DNA of 63,352 bases, counting the filler. It is 11 parts of 11 records of this genome, joined end to end, with 100 filler letters (N's around TTAATTAATTAA, not from the genome) between each part and the next. Parts side by side here need not be neighbours in the genome. Positions count along the whole stretch, not along the records: positions 34,920 to 40,657 come from SRR7504441_1324; positions 40,758 to 46,609 come from SRR7504441_1325; positions 46,710 to 53,008 come from SRR7504441_1329; 8 more parts are not named here. One strand, 5' to 3'. Numbering within the stretch: the stretch's first letter is position 1; every line of letters begins with the position of its first letter. The notes beneath the pieces were generated by a model, which worked only from the letters and a program-made list of their open reading frames with translations, did no database searches and had not been told where the DNA came from. This document shows, in pieces, positions 35,467-48,240 of this stretch. The position numbers were made by a program, and so were the translations under genes.

Positions 35467-38044
35467 CTAAGGGAGCGTGTCCAACGTGACTGGAGAGTCG
35501 AGTTTGACTGACACGTTGGCGATCAGTTCCTTGCTGTTACCATTGGATATGATGAACTGGTGAATACCGCCATACAGCATGGAATTTCCCACACTATCGA
35601 CAACTGCCAGAGCCGTTGCATTGAAGTCAAAGCTGACAGTAGTATCGGCGCCACGGCTCAGCGACACTCGGTTGAAACCCACAAGACGACGGTGAGGCAG
35701 CCGTATAGACTCATGAGCTGGCCGAGCGACAGCGACCGCCCGGTGGTAAACCAATACAACCTCGTCACCTTCCCTGGATCCTGTGTTAGCCACCCTGACT
35801 GCCATTGTAATTGTCTGTGCTGCGGATGTAATCGGCACCGATGGCGGCTGCTCCTTCCAACTCAAGCCAAACACAGTCAAGCTGAGACCATGACCAAACT
35901 CAAACGAGGCAGGCTCGCCCGTCCAGTATCTGTACGATCGACCGACCCCGGCAGTGAACGACATCTCGAGCATCGGCACCTGGGATGTGTAGGACGCCCG
36001 GTAGATCGATACCGGCAGCTTGCCCCATCTATTGTATCCTGGCAAACCGAATAGGCTGTTCGCGACAGCTGCCCCACCTTTGAGGCCGGGGTAGAAGGCT
36101 TCAACAATTGCCAGTTTGTTAGGCGGTCTGGCCAGATCGGCGAGCTTGTCGATCGCCACGATACCGCCGTTAAAAAGTACCACAACTGTAGGCTTGTTCA
36201 GCGCGATCAGAGCGAGCGCCAAGTCCTCTTGCAGACCCGGTAGAGTGATGTTGGTCCGGTCACGCCCTTCGCTCTCGATGTTTGAATCGATCCCAAGGGC
36301 AACTACGATCTGGTCAGCCGCCTTTGCTACCTGGATCGCCTGATCAAATAGAGTCGTGTTGGCGCAATCCAAGTCAACACAGCCGGCAGCATGCATGGTG
36401 CGATCCGCGCCATTGATCTGACTGACCGCGCTGAACAGCGACTGGGAGCAGCTCCAATCCAGTGCACAGAACTGCGAGTCGCTTCCTGCGCAGCACATGT
36501 TGCTACTCCCGTGGGGGCAGCAGGAATTACAGTTTTCGCTCGTACAGCGTGGTGCCCTTGGACACTCCGCTGGCAGCGGGCACGCAACATTGAAATAGCT
36601 TCCAAGCATCACGCGCTCTCCTGTAGCGTGCGGCCCGATCACGGCCGTTGTCCGCTCCGGCTCGAATGGGAGAGTGTTCAACGGATTCGCCAGGAGCACC
36701 AGCCCTTGGGAGGCGATCTCTAGAGCGAGCTGATGGTGCGCTGCGGCTCCAAGATTTTCGAGCCCAATCTTGGTGTATAGTTGATGTTCCTGCGGATCGA
36801 ACAGTCCGGTTTCCATCCGGAGTCCGATGTTCCGGCCCACAATCGCGTCTAGCTGCCCCTCCGTGGCCAGATTCGCCTTGATGGCATCAGGGATCGACTC
36901 ATAAGCAAACGCAGGCCCACCGCACTCAATGTCCGTACTGGCCGCAAGTGCCTTGGCCGCGTTCTGAGCTGGTGTCATCTTGCTCTCTGGGCCTGGCATA
37001 CTCAGTGCGGTGCAGTCAGTCACTACTGCCCCCCGGAAACCGAGCTTGTCTCTGGCCCAGTGCTGTATCCATTCAGCAGACTCACACATGGCAGTTGAGT
37101 TGATTGACGTGTAGCTGCAGCCAACGCCCGGTGAGCGCCGGGCGGGCCTGTTGCACACCTGCACATCATCCCGAGCGCGCCGCCCTCCACAATCCCGAGC
37201 TGGAACCCGGGCAGGTAGCTGTCGGCCATATCGTGCCGTGAGATCTCAGGGTTGAACCCTTGCCTAGACGCCCCGCCAGAGCTCTCCATCGAATAGGCAG
37301 TGAAGTGCTTGAGCGAGCCGAGCAGCTTGACATACCGAGGATCTTCGCCTGCCGCCCGCCGCCTCAGCCAGGCGCACAGCGAGCCACCGTTTTGGACTCC
37401 GAGCGTGACTTGTGCGCCGAGCTTGCCCGAGAGCAACGGATCTTCGCTCGGCACTTCGATGTTCCGGCCCCAACGCGGATCTCGCACCAGGCTGCCCCCT
37501 GGCTCGGCCCCCGCCGGCCGGTAGTCACTTGATGTTTGGCCCCCAGCCGTTGAGCCCCACGCTGTCCCCGGGCTGGCAGTGCCCGTTTGCATTGTTGGCC
37601 GCACGCATCTCCGTTGATATCGCTCCACCCATCGCCCGCCAGGCGCTCCTGTTGAAACCCGCCTGCCGGCCACAGGTTCCGCCCTGGCTGGCAGGTGGGC
37701 ACCGCGGCGTTGGCCAGGACGGGAAATATAGTGGGGCAATGTGGGCCAACGCACTCGATCCCGGCGCCGTGCAGGATTTCAGTGCCCCAGGTGTATGACG
37801 GGATCCCCAGCCGGGGCACCCCACCGTCCCCCGAGTCGCCCCGAGTGTAGGTGAGGCCCACTTTCTCCTGCAGTGTCATTCGGCCGAGCAGGTCGCGCAC
37901 TCGCTCGGCGATCGGGAGCCGCCAGTCGCAAAAGGGCAGCCCGGCAGTCAAGTTGTCCAGGCACGCGTGCCCAGCCGGCACCCCAGCCTCGGTGTGGAGG
38001 ACTCCAACCACCAGGATGGCGACCAGAGCCGGAGGAAGTCGCAT
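35467..38044 (-). CDS. Glycoside hydrolase family 3 beta-xylosidase-like, secreted
   Basis: Signal peptide; FCD..RVRDLLGRMTLQEK, WGTEILHG, PNINLVRDPRWGRNIE, KHF, MMCSY, VVTDC, ESEGRDR, GRSYRY, FGHGLS, Fn3-like tail; four GT-AG introns. Confidence 0.93.
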
Positions 38045-38260
38045 GTGCCCACTAAACTTCCGTTATCGATCCACGCATGCCTACTGCAAATAGCCGTAGT
38101 GACTACCTGTACCAGCTGCGCAGCTGCAGGTACGAAGCCTACGTGTAGTTCACCGATTATTCACTCAACAACATGGGCCTAGAAAAACTTGTATGAATAA
38201 ACGATTTCAACTAGGCACTGCCCACTACAATTATAAAGAGCTGCTCAATACTATTATAGG

Positions 38261-40438
38261 TCAAAACCGAAGCTCGCCGTCTATTATTCGCTGGCGTGTG
38301 AGCTCAGTCAGCTCTACGAAGCTTTGTTGCTGGTCATCGCGCACAAACACGCTCGAGCCCGGCTCGTGCCCGAACCCGAGCCGCATCAGCTGTCCCTTGG
38401 TGTGCTTGAGTGTGTGCGACGTAGCGAGCGCGGGTTGCACTCTAATAAACACCGGCCGCGCAAACTTGGCTAGATTGGCGTGAGTGAACTGCCAGACCAG
38501 CCCGAAGTCCACAGGTTTGTCCTCAATCGCGACTGCGCCGCACTTGCCTGCGGCGCCAGGGATTTCGACGCCAAACGCCACGCAGACAGGCGAGCCGAGC
38601 CCTCCGCTCCTGATGCAGACAGCTTCCACTTCGGCGGTCGACACGTTCTCGCCCTTCCAACGGAATGTGTCCCCCAGCCGGTCCACGAAGTAGATATAAC
38701 CTAGAAACCGGTCAGCAATCCCAACGGCCGCCCCACCGTCGTGGTCCCAGCGCAGCAGGTCACCCGACCGGAACCACGCGTCGCCCGGGCTGCGCACTCC
38801 TCGAAGCACCTATGCCCACCGGCTCCGCGCAGTCGGCCCATAAAACACCTTGGACTGGTTCTGGTCGGCTTGAGCATACCCGTCGAATCGCCGGGCTGGG
38901 TTGTTGGGGTCTATCAACCCGATCACCTCCCCAGGCTCGCCTCTCTCGGCCTCGATCAGTGTGCCGTTGGGCCGTCGGATCGGCTCAAGCGTGTCGGGGT
39001 CAACCTTTATGAACCGGACCTGGTAGATCGACTGCATCACTGCGGCCATGTACCCGACCGGTCCGAGTCGTCCGCGGTTGTTGAACAGGTTCACATTCCT
39101 GCCGCCCCACTCTCCCAACCCCTCCAAATGGCGCACCCTTCAGTCGAGCCATAGAACTCTCCAATGCAGGGCACCCCAAACCGACTCTGCCGGCCGGCTC
39201 GCCCTACGCCCGACGGCCGACCTACCTGGAACTGTGCGGCCGCGTCTGCGTGCAGCCCGTTGCCGATCGCAAGCCTCACTTGATGCGACTGGTCGGCCTC
39301 GCTCGAAGGGCTGGCGAGCAGGTACCGGCCGAGCTCGCCGATGTAGAGCACCACCGTGCAGCCGTGCTCGGCGCAGTCCGGCCAGAACTTTGTGGCTGAG
39401 AACTTCTCTCGCACCACGAGAGTGGCGCCGCGATGCCAGCACATGGAGACCTGCAGCCAGTCAGCCGCGCGACCAGCTGGGGCCCACCGCAGCCATGCCA
39501 GCCGAGCTGTGGTGCAGCGGCAGCGACGTATAGACTCGGTCCGACCGACGCAGCCCGTACAGCGAGGCAAAGGCCAGGCCCGCTGCGTAGAACCGCATGC
39601 TGGAGATCTTGGCAGCCTTTGGCAGACCGGTGGTGCCTGAGGTGTAGACATAAAACAGCTCCGAGCTGGCGACAGGCGCTGCAGGCACCGGGACCTCTGG
39701 CTGGCCGGCGATGGCGGCCGTCCAGGCGATCCACTCCACCCCAGCCGGCAGCTGGCCTGTGAGTGGCCCGTCGTGCAGGCAGAGCGTCAGGCCACTCCCA
39801 GCCGCACGCACCGCGTGCTCGAGCTGCATCCCAGCCGATGCCGGGTGAATTAGCGCCGCCACCGCCCCCGCCTTGGACAGTCCCACCCAGCTGGCCACCA
39901 GCGCCGCCGCCGACTCGATCCGCACCCCCACGCAGCCCTCCACCCCCCGGCCGACCGCCCAGTGCGCTACCCGGTTACTCAATCGATCCAGCTCGGCGTA
40001 GCTGAGCGCCCGACCGGTGCGCAGCTCATGGATTGCCACCCGCCCCGGCGCATCCCGCACGCGCGTGGCTAGCATCTGCAGCACCGGCGATTCGGCTCGG
40101 CGGGCGGCGAGCCGGGCGGCGAGCTGGACTCGGAGGAAGGGCACGCCCAGGTTGAAAGCATCCTGCCACAGCTCGCAGAGCACAAGACAGATGCCCCGGA
40201 GCGGCCAGGGCAGGCGGGCCAACCGCGGGTACCAACGGCGCAGGTAGTTGGCCCGGCGGGCACGCAGCAGCATGGTGACGCACTGGCGCGCGTAGCAGAC
40301 CGCCATGAAAAGAGCTCCGAGCAGCAGCAGTGGCAGCAGCACTAGCGTCAGCAGTGGCATCAGCGCGAGCGTCACCAGTGGCAGCAGCACCGGCATCGCT
40401 AACACCCCGCATGCGGCCACAAGCGCGAGTCGCACCAT
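38261..40438 (-). CDS. Very-long-chain acyl-CoA synthetase / fatty acid transport protein (SLC27/FATP-like)
   Basis: YVYTSGTTGLPKAA, LPLHHSSA, KFSATKFWPDC, YIGELGRYL, EFYGSTEGN, GDAWFRSGDLL, YFVDRLGDTFRWKGENVST. Confidence 0.93.
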
Positions 40439-40757
40439 GGCTCGTCTTGTGCGCCTGGTGCTGCGAGGAGGTGAACGAGGACGAGGCATAGGATTTACCG
40501 CGCCGGCGTTGGATTATTATTCAGGCGATCTCAACTTACAGTGTACTCGAGGTAGAGGCGGCGTACGGCAGTTGAGCAATCAGGGATGTTCAATACCGCG
40601 AGCCGGGCCCAGCAGCCGCTACTCGAAGCGCCACCGGCCGACCGGTCGCCGGAGACCNNNNNNNNNNNNNNNNNNNNNNNNNNNNNNNNNNNNNNNNNNN
40701 NTTAATTAATTAANNNNNNNNNNNNNNNNNNNNNNNNNNNNNNNNNNNNNNNNNNNN

Positions 40758-43700
40758 GCCCTGGGCGACGCCAACCAAGACGATGATGGTTGTAGTACCC
40801 AGGTGAGCTGCAGTAGCCGCCTGGTGGCCGATCGGGGGCAGGTGGGGGGGTGTCCCACGATGGGGGACAGCCTATCCCAGGCCGGGCCTGACCAGGTGCT
40901 CGCCCCCATCTCCAAACCCGCGCTTGGTCCACAATCGCCTCGAGCCGGGCGACGGGCAGCAGGAAGCGCTGCCCAAAACCGAAGTCACGTGGCTTCTGGA
41001 GGCTGGTTTGCCGGCGCCACGTCCAATGGCAACTGGGCCGTCTTCAGAGGCCACGATCCCAAGATGGCCGTCGGCTTGGATGGCGACGTGTGGTCAGCCC
41101 GCGGGGCCGGCAACAGGGGCCGCGACGGTGCAGGCTGGGTCCAGCTCAGAGTGGCCGGCGACGCCGTGGCGCTTGGCCTGCCGGAGACGGGATTGGGCAG
41201 CACTATGGAGGACTGGCGGCTGGCCGAGAGCAGCACCGGGGCGCTGCTGCTGGTGCAGGGGCAAGACGCGCCGGGGGGAGCGCATACTGTGGGGCCTCTC
41301 TACAGCCGGAGAGATGTGGACAGCAGCCATGGGCGGTGGCTGGGTGCAGAAGCGGGATGCCAGGCCTGCTGAGTCGTCTCGGGCTGCCAACTCGATGTCC
41401 ACTGTGTGGGCGAGCGCCGGAGCTGGCGTGCTGGGCGAGGTTGCTCTGGAGGTGGGGGACTGGGATCTTGGCGAGACCGAATCCGGAGACTTCGGGGTGC
41501 TTTATCAAGGCGAGCTGAGGCTGCTGGTGACCAAGCTGGGAGACTTGTGGAGTGCGTACCCACCAGGCTGGATCCGCAAGAGGAACGGCCAGGGACACGA
41601 TCCAGGCCAACTGGTTGCTGTCACGGATTGCGTGCTGGGGCCATGGCAGCCGTGGGACCTTTGTTCAGCCTGTTGCGGCGAGGGTGGTACTAGGAATCGC
41701 CGGCGCGAGGTGGTTGTGGAGCCTACAGGCGGCGGTGTGGTCTGCGAGCATCAATTGGAGACAGAGAGCTGCAACAGACACGTGTGTGCACCGGCCGAAC
41801 CGAGTGCGCAGTACGCCCAAGAGGATGACACTCTGCTGGCGCTTTGGCTGAGCACACGTGGGGCCGAATGGCGGCGGAAACGGTGCTGGATGACCGGAGC
41901 GAGTCACTGCGACTGGGAAGGAGTCACTTGCACACCTGCCGAGCCGGGATCCACAGGCCCAATCACAAGCTTGTCGCTTGAGCACAATAATCTCGATGGC
42001 GAAATACCCGACCTCTCTGGAGTTTCTTACCTTCAACACCTCTCAATAGCTCGGAATCCAAGAGCCAACCTAGCAGATGTGGCCACTTCCAGGTTCGACC
42101 AGCTCACTGGACTTTTCGCGTCTCCAGAGCAACTTCACCGCGCCTTTGTGCCCGATGTACAGTTCCAGGGTCCGCTGCGCAGAGTCAACAACCGAGGGGT
42201 CGCCCCGGTAGCTGCAGCTGCGAGGGTCCTACAGCAGTGGCCGGCTGGGGCCCGATGGTGGAGGATCCGCCAGCACAGCTACATGCAATGCGAAGAGCGA
42301 CTGACTCATTGTGGTGCTCCCTGGCGAATTCGCGAAGTCGTCTTCTCGACGGTGCCTGGTCCTCCAGGATGGGAGAGCACGGCTGACGGAGACGCTGCTC
42401 CTATCAGCGACCAAGGCACAGTGCCTGTAGGCTTCACTCAGTCTACGGAGGGTGCAACGAATGAGGGCTTCGAAGTCACCAACGCATTCGATAATGACGA
42501 GGCGACCTACTGGAGTTCACAGAAGTACTCACTTGGCTGGATCGGCCAACGCTTTGACGCTCCAACAGTTGTCAAGGCCGTGAAGCTCCTCACCTTTACG
42601 TCCAACAATAGTCTGTCTGACTTGCCCCGGTCCGTCATTCTGGAGCGCAGCCTCGATGGCAAAGTGTGGGAGATGGTGAAGCTCTTTGCCGAAGAGACTG
42701 ATCACGGTAACATGCGGAGCACTGGCTTCTCTCTAGCAGGTGCATCATCAGCAGGGAACCCGTTCCTCCTCGAGACAAACATCGATCTGGCCTCCCCAGG
42801 CGCGCCAGTTTACTTCCACCGATTGCAATCGGCGAGCACATCTGCCGGTGCTTTGACATGTACCAGCTCCGCAAACTGGACGGCGGGAGCATCCTCTTCG
42901 GCATCGTTCAACGCCAAATCTGGCATCAAGGGCGTCAGTTTCTCCTGTCCAGCTGATGCAGATGTTGTGGCTGGCTTGGCTTCTCAGGACACGATGGTGG
43001 GTCAAAATATGCATCAAGAGATTGGCTGGGGACTGCACTGCCTTAGCGGCCAACTGAGCATCATGGAAAACGGCGAAGAGAAAGTCGATGTTGGGGAGTA
43101 CTTTAATGCTTCAGTCCTTGAAGTGCGGCTCAACTCGGATCCTGGGGTGTTGCAGAGGACTGCCAGGTTGGTAGAGTATTACCGCGATGGCGAGCGGCTC
43201 TTTACCTCTTCTGCAGTCCCCTCACCGTCACAGGCCCTGCTTTTCAAAGCTGCTTGTAGCAACGCCGAAGCTACAATCAGTAACGTAGCTTGGCTGGGCG
43301 AAGATGTCTGGCGGTGGGCCAGTAACTGCAGCCAGGTGATCTCGTGCGATTCCCCGCCGAGGATGAGCTCTTGTGTGTGCAGAGTACAGGCTCGTGTGCT
43401 GGCGCGAACGATATGAGGCTCGATACATCCGCTGTGTTATCGCAGGTCCGATTTTTAATTACTAACCCGGCTGAGTCTGTCGCCAGGTGGTGGATAGCTG
43501 GATCAGCTTCGATCTTGGTAGTTGGAAGTCTGTCTCTGGTTTGAAAATGTTCAAGCCATACGATGCGGGTGCCGCTGGTGTGAAGGAATTTGTAGTGGAA
43601 AGGGGCGACGGGCTGGGAGCGAATCTATGGGAGTCTTCTGACGAGGACCAAGGGCAGTACATCTGGACCACATGGAGGACGGTGCGGTCCCTGCCTGATC

Positions 43701-44280
43701 GACTGCATGGGTGGAATAGGTAGCCGAGTTCTCTGCCCAAGAGACCTTTGAGGCCGGCTTTGCTACCTTCGCCTTTGCACCAGTCACAGCACGGTATCTT
43801 CGAATTCTCATCCGAAGCAACCACGGTAGTGTCGGAACAGTCCAGCTCTGGAGCGCGCAGTGGTAAGCCAGCAACCCGGCCTGTGTCAACTGAGATTGCC
43901 GGTTTTGTTTCAGGCGGACAAGTGCTGGGGGGGCACTGGACATCCTATACAATGTCTCAGACAGCGATATTACGCAGAGTGCAGTCTCTGCAGCATACCC
44001 ACCGTTGTTTGGCCGAGCATTGAGGAGTCACAAGGTCCTCAAGCCCAAACCATATGCTATCAACAACCACCCGGAGCCTGCACCTTATCTGACAAGCACG
44101 GCTGAAGAGGTACATCTGCCATAACAGTTGCTGCCCGCTAACTGTCATGTGTTTCAGAGTTCTCGGTTTGCGCCGCTCCAGAAGCTAGAAACTCTTATCG
44201 CTGCCAGCCCTAGTATTACACGACGACAGGACCCGCTCACGGGCCGTGGTGTGAGGCGCCGCCAATCAAACCGAGACTGA
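40758..44280 (+). CDS. Multidomain extracellular-type protein: three Trp/Gly repeats, TSP1, LRR N-cap, discoidin/F5-8-like domains (5'-truncated)
   Basis: DCVLGPWQPWDLCSACCG..GTRNRRREV..C (TSP1); L.ALWLST.G..W..CDWEGVTC..LSLEHNNLDGEIP; NAFDNDEATYWS, WISFDLG, ARYLRI; needs a 1-nt indel at the G6 run 41273-41278. Confidence 0.75.
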
Positions 44281-44374
44281 TTAATATTGTAACCAATTAG
44301 ATACCATTATAATTATATAAACCAACGTGCGCATTTCTAGCTCACAGTTTTGTAGCAACTCTGACAACGCACGC

Positions 44375-46609
44375 TCAGCAAGTGCTGCGTCTTGAAAGCG
44401 CCAAAGGCAATGCTAAGCTCTCTTCGATTTCATGTGCAGCCTTGGAAGCCTCAAGGATAGGCTGCAACCTGATCATTGGTGCGTGCCACGACTCCTTAAA
44501 GCTTTGCACCCATTCGTCGCGCTCTGCTTCTGAAGGGGCTTCAAACAAGTAGAGCCCTTGACACTCCACCATAAAGAACTTATCCAAAAACAACTTAACA
44601 GTGCACATTTCGGAGGCAACAGGTCTCCGCACCAGCCGTCGGACCTGCCAACCAATCACACGGCGGCGAGTTCGAATGCCATACCATGAACTTGGTGATG
44701 TTCTTGCTGCGGCGGCGACGTGATGCTGGGATTTGAACTTTTACTGCTTCACACATTAGTAAGGCATCGCTCAAGAGGATAAGATGACACGGATCCCAGA
44801 CGCGCTTCTTAATCTCGGAAGCATTGACCACGTTTGCCGATGCCGATCTGACAGTCAAGGCGTCGCCTTCTCGTAGTAGCCTCGTGCCCTCCACAACGAG
44901 ATATTCCGCAGGCTGATATAACGACTCCTGGACCTACAACAATCCTTGTCATTCCGATAGCAGCGCAGGGTCACCTGCTTGATCTGGCGGTAGGCCTTGC
45001 ATGCATCATCCGCTCTCTGATTCATCGTTAGAACAGCCTGGTACGATGTGTCAAGTCGTCCCATCGACACATGAGACTCCATGGTGTTCTTCTTGAGTCT
45101 TTTGAGCAGCGACGCCCAATTCGTTACTGTTTGAAGGACACCAAACAGATAGAAGTCCACGGGATTTTCCTCTCCTAGCCGGCGCTCCACCTCAAACAGG
45201 AAGTCCTTCAGCTTGGTCCCTGCGCTGTCTTCCACTGCACCCAAATCCTTGAGAAGCTTCATCACGGAACCTAAACGGTTCATGTATTGAACGAGCGGCT
45301 TGAGCACAGTTTTTGAGAGGTCTATATAGAACACGCTGATCGCCGCGATCCGATCAGCAGCGGTGTCGAGTGTGGCCTTCAGCCTTGGCAATATCTGTCC
45401 ATGTTCTCGGTGCAGACTCACGACCGCCCTGAGAAATATATCAAATTCATGTAAAAGCCAACCATTCGGATCTGCTTTGGAGCCAACCGACCGAACAAGG
45501 AACCGCTGTCTAACTGGCGTGAGGAAATCATCTGCAAGGATGTTCAGATCCGAGTCGAGCTTATCAGACACGTGCACCATCTCTGCCATCACACCTTGGC
45601 TGGTCTTCATCTTGGAGATCCGCTTCCGTAAGCCAGGCCCAGCGCTCATCAACCCCCGCAACCGCCGGCGCAACCGCCACACATTGATCCGCTTCCGCAC
45701 AAACTTGACGGCTATCGCCCATTTAGGCCCGAGCACCCGGTGGAGTTCTTGAACTCGCTCTTCGGCCGCATGTGCCTCAGCCTCAACATGGTCCAATTCT
45801 TCCTTCATCTCTTCGATTCGGGCCAGGAACACATCCCGCAGCCCGGCCAGCTCCTGTCGATGCTCCGTCAACAACAAAACCACCAAATCGGTAGTGTTTC
45901 CTACCGCCTCAAGCTTTGCCTCAAACTCGCTGGTGTCCACCCGCCTGCTTGCGCGCTGCACACTCTCGCATGCCTGGTCAGGCCCATACCGGCTCACCAC
46001 CTTCTGCCCCTCGATCTGTTCGACCACCTCCAGACCGTCTAGTCGCTCGTTCTGAATCGGCAGCTTCCACAGCCCTTCACGCACCATGCCCTTATGCCGC
46101 TCCAGCTCCTCGCGCAAACCCGTTTTTCGATTCTCTGCATCTGCCTCCCTAGCTGCCTCCTCTTCTATTCGCTGCCCCTCTTCAGCGGCTGTCCTACAGT
46201 CCTGCTCCGCGAGCCTCATCTCAGCATCGGCTAGCTGAAGCTCCAGCCCAGCCGCCCTCGCCTTCTCTTGCTCTAATTCCTCCTCTAACCTTCCGAGTTG
46301 CGCCGCAAGATCGCTCGACGCGCTAGTCCACAGCTCCAGCTCCGCCACCCGCCCGGCCAGATTGGCCTTTTCCCGCCGCTCGGCCGACAGTTCAGCCCTG
46401 CAGCCTGCGAGTGTTGCTACCAGCCGTGCATTATCATGCAGGTAGTCCTCGATCCCTGGGGCGCTCACGGGATCCTCCGCTGCCTGCGCCGGCTCCTTTG
46501 CCGCACCTGATGGGCGCGCCTTCAGCACACCGGGTGACTGGTGCGCTGCCGGCTGGCTAGTCGGGTCGAAAAACACAGTGGATCTGTTGAAATCGATCGC
46601 CAGTGGCGT
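44375..46609 (-). CDS. Coiled-coil + divergent RhoGEF (DH) + PH domain protein (5' end near contig edge)
   Basis: VMAEMV..LNILADDFLTPV; LLKRLKKNT; RLLREG, HLILLSDALL, FEAPSEAERDEWVQSF. Confidence 0.75.
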
Positions 46610-46709
46610 NNNNNNNNNNNNNNNNNNNNNNNNNNNNNNNNNNNNNNNNNNNNTTAATTAATTAANNNNNNNNNNNNNNNNNNNNNNNNNNNNNNNNNNN
46701 NNNNNNNNN

Positions 46710-48100
46710 AGAATGCTCGGTTGAAGGAGGAGCTGGCGAGCGCGTCTGAGCAGCTGCAGCATGCGAATGAGGCGAGGGGCGGCCCGCGGAGCGGCGCGGG
46801 CAAGGCAAGGATCATGGGCCGGGTGATGAAGCGGATCCAGGACCAGGGGATGAGCGCGGTTCTGATCGAGTGGTACTCGAACTTCAGCATGGCAGCCCAG
46901 CACGAGCGGCGGCGGGCGCACGGGATGAAGGTGATGCAGCGGGTGGTCAAGCAGCTGCTGCAGCACCAGCTGGCCCAGGCCAGTGCGATGCTGCTCGACT
47001 GGTACTCAAACTTCAGTCAGTTCACCCAGGGCAAACAGCTGCTGCTCCGGGCTGTCAGCAAGATGCGAGCGGCTGAGCTCAACCTGGCAGTGGGCCAGTG
47101 GACACGGGCAGTGCGGGCGGCCGGGTGGAGTGCGGCGGGGAGGGAGCGGCAGCTGCAGGCTGAGCTGGATGGCTTGCGGGATGAGCTGGCAACAGTGCGA
47201 CAGGGAGCAACTGAACAGCAGAGGAAGAATGAAGGCTTAATCACCGAGAATCAGGATTTGCTCCGGACCAACAGCGAGCTGCGGGCTCAGAGCGAGGGGC
47301 TGAGCACCGAGAATCAGGACTTGCTCCGGTCCAACAGCGAGCTGCGGGCGTTCCAGGTGCAAGCGGCCGAGAAGCTGCTAGGCTCAGAGTCGCATGCAAA
47401 AAAGCTCAAAGCGCAGCTAGAAGCGCAGGCTTCCAGTGCCGAGGCAGGGGCTGAAGTCGAGAGGCTCAAACAAGAGCTGGAAAAGAGCAACGAGCAGAGG
47501 TCAAAGGCCCAGGCACAGCTGGCAGAGTCGGAGGGCCTAGCGCAGCGGTGTGAAACGCTCGAGGCTGAACAGGCTCGGCTAAAGGCGCAGTTGACCAAGA
47601 GTAATGAGGAGTTTATGCATACCCAGACACAGCTTATGGAATCAAGCAGCCTGCAAGAGCGGCACGACAAGTTGGAGGCACAGAACAAGAGGCTGATGAC
47701 CCAACTAGGCAAGGCGAATGAGGATCTAATGAATCTGCAAATCTCCTCGGGGAAAGTCAAATCTAGAAGAGGTGTGGCGGTCAGGCCGTTTCGCTAGTCC
47801 TGACACACCTTTGGTGCAGGTTCGAAGAGCAGCCAGGCGGCACCGGAGCCATAGCAGATCAGCTATGGGTCGGGTACTGGCCAGAGCCATCCAACGCCTG
47901 TTTGGGTACAGGCGTTGGATGGTTCTGGCCAGTGCGCCGACATGTCGTCCCGGGACCGGCTGATCGCCATTTATTCTGTCCACGACCCAGCAAAGGTGCC
48001 CAAGGTGGACAAATTGCTCAATAAGTACCATGGCAAGGAGAATGAGATGTTCGCTACGCTGCAATCAAAGTACGGCGGTCTCATCGGCTCAAGAGACTAA
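46710..48100 (+). CDS. Coiled-coil protein with a short conserved C-terminal protist motif (5'-truncated)
   Basis: Heptad-rich; duplicated WYSNFS and EGLxTENQDLLRxNSELRA; last exon RDRLIAIYSVHDPAKVPKVDKLLNKYHGKENEMFATLQSKYG. Confidence 0.7.
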
Positions 48101-48240
48101 TTTAACCTGTGGGGAAGCGATTCCTCTACAATCATGTAGTAAAGAAGTGCTGGCTCAGAGCGCTATAAAACTTTCTGACGACTTTGTGGATTTAACAATT
48201 ACATTACATGTAGTGGTTGATTTCACCACTTAATCGCAAC

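Noticed and set aside
29178-40438. Apparent biosynthetic cluster (phosphatase, NRPS, GH3, acyl-CoA synthetase)
   Set aside because: The genes lie on three different contigs; the NRPS is alone on its contig
47226-47350. 63-nt tandem repeat (and 99-bp repeats at 63127-63352) as a CRISPR-like array
   Set aside because: In-frame coding repeats (coiled coil, ankyrin) without unique spacers or cas genes
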